DNA from: Octopus sinensis
Lineage: Eukaryota
Direction: 5' to 3'
Length of the DNA: 64,000 bases
Assembly (NCBI RefSeq): GCF_006345805.1
Contig: NC_043002.1
Location: 21,824,001 to 21,888,000 of the forward strand
Shown: positions 60,361 to 64,000 of the stretch, in pieces
Numbering within the stretch: position 1 is the stretch's first letter
How the letters are laid out: each line of letters starts with the position of its first letter
Position numbers and translations under genes: made by a program
Notes under the pieces: generated by a model
What the model saw: only the letters and a program-made list of their open reading frames with translations
Told to the model about the DNA's origin: nothing
Databases searched by the model: none

Positions 60361-60958
60361 TATTTCTTTACTACCCACAAGGGGCTAAACACAGAGATGA
60401 CAAACAAGGACAGACAAACGGATTAAGTCGATTATGTCGACCCCAGTGCGTAACTGGTACTTAATTTATCGACCCCGAAAGGATAAAAGACAAAGTCAAC
60501 CTCGGCGGAATTTGAACTCAGAACGTAAGGCAGACGAAATACCTATTTCTTTATTACCCACAAGGGGCTAGACACAGAGAGGACAAACAAGGACAGACAA
60601 AGGGATTAAGTCGATTACATCGACCCAAGTGCGTAACTGGTACTTAATTTATCGACCCCGAAAGGATGAAAGACAAAGTCAACCTCGGTAGAATTTGAAC
60701 TCAGAACGTAACAGCGGACGAAATACCTATTTCTTTACTATCCACAAGGGGCTAAACACAGAGAGGACAAACAAGGACAGACAAACGGATTAAGTCGATT
60801 ATATTGACCCTAGTGTGTAACTGGTACTTATTTAATCGACTCCGAAAGGATGAAAGGCAAAGTCGACTTCGGCGGAATTTGAACTCAGAACGTAGCGGCA
60901 GACGAAATACTGCTAAGCATCTCGCCCAGCGTGCTAACGTTTCTGCCAGCTAGACGCC
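60361..60958 (-). mobile_element. SINE family 1 trimer
   Basis: One head plus three bodies; period 183-184 bp (60361, 60544, 60728). Confidence 0.95.
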
Positions 60959-61549
60959 TTTATTCCTTCCTTCTGTCGCAAGGAAGTTTGTTCAGCTGCG
61001 AGTGAATGTCATAACAACACCTCGTGAACAATTAATACTAACTTTTATTTTACTGCACAAATAAATTTTCATTCTGGTCATGAATTAAAAATTGCAACAA
61101 TAAAGTTTATGCACTGGAAAGGAAAAATTCTGTAGCTCTTACAAGTAGTTTATTAAAAAGGCTCTGTAATTAAGCTGCCAAGACAGGAGAAAATAAACCA
61201 CGCTGAGCGCATGACTACAAAACATTAGCTGCTGTCCATTATGTTGTGCAAGATTCTTTAGGACGACTATTTAAATCAGCAAGCGAATGAATCAGTTGGT
61301 CTCTGCGCAAATAAGCCTGGAGACGATATTTCGCCTGGACGTCTTTTCAGCGAAGTTGGTGCTAAAAACATGTCTATTTATAACCCATGTAAGGAATTGT
61401 TTTAGGGCCTTCTAGAATGATCTAACACGGGATGTGCGGCTGCTGACTGGCTCATAAGTCGGCCGCTCACGTGAACAAACTGTTGCTATGCCGTTATTTT
61501 AACTTGGAAATTTGATGACCCAGTTTTGAGTCATGCTGCATTTCGTTCG

Positions 61550-61665
61550 CACGCTCGTTCGTTCGTTCGTTCCTTCTTTCCTTCGTTCCTTCTTTCCTTC
61601 CTTCCTTCCTTCCTTCCTTCCTTCCTTCCTTCCTTCCTTCCTTCTTCTTTCCTTCCTACCTCCCT
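61550..61665. repeat. (TTCG)n/(TTCC)n microsatellite
   Basis: Direct reading. Confidence 0.95.
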
Positions 61666-62694
61666 TCCATCAATCTCAGAAGACCTCAGGCACTGCCTTA
61701 TTTTCTGATTAAGCGATGCATAGACATGCTACATACACGCATATTCTTATGGGTGTGTGTGTGTGTGTGTGTGCGTGAGCGAGCGTGTGAAAGTAAGTCC
61801 GTATCGATAAGCATGTATGGAAAAAGGGAGGGTGGGATGTTGAGGGTTGGCAGAATTGTTAGAGTGTGGAACAAATTGCCTTGCAGTATTTAGATACATC
61901 TCTTTACATTCTGAGTTCAAATCCCACCGAAGTCAACTTTGCCTTTCATTCCTCCTGGGTCAATAAAATAAAGCGCCTGTCTCATATTGAGGGCCTTTTC
62001 CTTCAAAATTGCTAAATTCGTGTCTAAATTAGATACATTTATATTATTTTTTTATATTTCGCTTGCTTCACTTGCTCCACGAAGGGTCTTAGACCGAATG
62101 TCACCTGATCACGTGACCGACCAGACTGTCGCTGATCACAATGCGCTTTGCATCGTTTTAGCCTTCGGTTGACACTACCCCGATGACTAGACGAGCAGGC
62201 TAACACCCCCCACCCTATTCTGATGGAAAAGGGGACTGGAGCAGCGTGAAATAAAGTGTTTTGCTCAAGGACAGAACGCACCGCCCGGTCTGGGAATCGA
62301 ACCTGGCCACTAGGCCATGTGTCTTCATTAGTTCGAATATACGCATGGAAAAAAAATAAGTTAGAGCGTGCTAAACGGAATATTTGATAGAAGATTGGTA
62401 AATACAGAAAATTAAAAAGAAAAAAAAACGTAAAAGTAAAACATCAAATAAGAAACAACGAATGAAAGAAAGAAAGAAAGAAAGAAAGAAAGAGGAAGGA
62501 ATGGAAAAAAAAAGGAAGAGAGGAAAGAGGAAAAAGAAGACAACAAATAAATAATCCTTCAAGAAGGCACGAAATCGCGATCGAGGTGGTAAAAATAAAT
62601 TTCTGTTAAGTAGAGATGTGGTCGTGTTAAACATCAAGCACTGACATCAGTCGGTTGCCTAGCAACCTTGTATAATCTGGGAAAATTAATCTTT

Positions 62695-63003
62695 TCTAGT
62701 CTAGGCAAGAGGCCTGAAATTTTTGGTGAGGTGGTGCCAGTCGATTAGATCGACCCCAGTACGCAAATGGTACTTAATGGATGAAAGGCAAAGTTGAAAT
62801 TCCGCCGAGGTCGACTTTGCCTTTCATCCTTTCGGGGTCGATTAAATAAGTACCATTTACGCACTGGGGTCAATGTAATCGACTTAATCCGTTTGTCTGT
62901 CCTTGTTTGTCTCCTCCGTGTGTAGCCCCTTGTGGGCAGTTAAGAAATAGGTACTTAATTTATCGATCCCGAAAGGATGAAAGGCAAAGTCGACCTCGGC
63001 GGA
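62695..63003. mobile_element. SINE family 1 + copy nested inside a minus copy
   Basis: Minus 62695-62795, plus 62796-62949, minus 62950-63003. Confidence 0.88.
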
Positions 63004-63177
63004 CTGGGAAAATAAATAATAACGTAACTAATAGATTCTTAATACATTATATACAGATAACAAGCAGTGCTCCAGCATGGGCTTGGTCGTGACAATGAAA
63101 GAGAAAGAGAATGCGTCGGAATACATAACATGAAATAACACAGTATTCGGTGATTAAATTACTAATAATTTAGACAT

Positions 63178-63900
63178 TGGTGCAGGCATGGTTGCGTGGT
63201 AAGGTCTCTGTTTCCTACCAACTTAGGAGTTCAGTTCCACTTGTACCTTGGGTAGATGTGTCTTCTACTATTGCCTTGGGCCTACCAGAACCCTGTGAAT
63301 GGATTTGTGAGACTGAACTGAAGGAAGCTCGTTGTACATACGTACATGTATGCATACATACTAACATACATTCATACATACATAAGCACATATGCACATG
63401 CATACACACATACATGCATACATACACACATACATACACACATACATAAACACATACATACACCCATGCATACATACACAGATGCATACATACGCACATA
63501 CATACATACACACATACATACACACATACACACATGCATACATACGTACACACACACATACATACATACACACATGCATGCATACATACTTACACACATG
63601 CATACACACATACAAATGCATATATACATGCATACATACATATATACATATATACATTGCGTATGTGTTTGCGTGTTGGTGTGTTTGTGTGTGTGTGTGT
63701 ATGTATGTGTATGATTGTTTATGTTTCTGTGTTTGTGTCTGTACCTCTACCACTTGAAAGCGATGTTAGTTTGTTTACGTCCCTCGTAACTTAACAGTTG
63801 GACAAAAGCCATCTATAGAATAAATACCAGATTTAAAAAAACAAAAACAAAAACAGGCGCAGCACCAACATGCTAGAGATAGACGTTAAATGACTCTAAA
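63178..63900 (+). mobile_element. SINE family 2 with an expanded internal (CATA)n/(CA)n/(TG)n tract
   Basis: Head and core at 63178-63335, ~380 bp of microsatellite, then the family 3' half. Confidence 0.8.
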
Positions 63901-64000
63901 CCACATCGTTTACACACTCCATTAGTACAGTTGAAAGCGAGAAACTGAATAAAGATATTTAGAAAAATATTTTAGAGGCTAATTCTAGATCTAAGATTTC

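Noticed and set aside
63215-63794. Many ORFs over (CATA)/(TG) runs (also 2301, 5610-5974, 14236)
   Set aside because: They are translations of microsatellites.

Overview
Eukaryotic, AT-rich, microsatellite- and transposon-dense DNA. The repeat families and zinc-finger style are most consistent with an Octopus (coleoid cephalopod) genome; this is my recognition, not a database result. The only confident host coding sequence is a single-exon, 7-finger C2H2 zinc-finger ORF (43628-44365, minus). The rest is mostly mobile DNA: a near-complete but broken RTE-type LINE (36411-39987) head-to-head with a second copy, three tRNA-derived SINE families, Penelope-like (PLE) remnants, Tc1/mariner and maT relics, and several MITEs. 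There are no rRNA, true tRNA or CRISPR features. The most notable signals are: (1) two unrelated ~125-bp cassettes, each a hammerhead-ribozyme-like core framed by 33-37-bp inverted repeats; (2) recurrent head+(headless body)n SINE concatemers sharing one hairpin junction; (3) a C4HC3 PHD-type finger embedded in the LINE reverse transcriptase; (4) many fold-back structures. Most ORFs in the supplied track are low-complexity or repeat artefacts. Boundaries of degraded repeats are approximate (tens of bp), and possible host-gene exons could not be assigned to a protein without a homology search.
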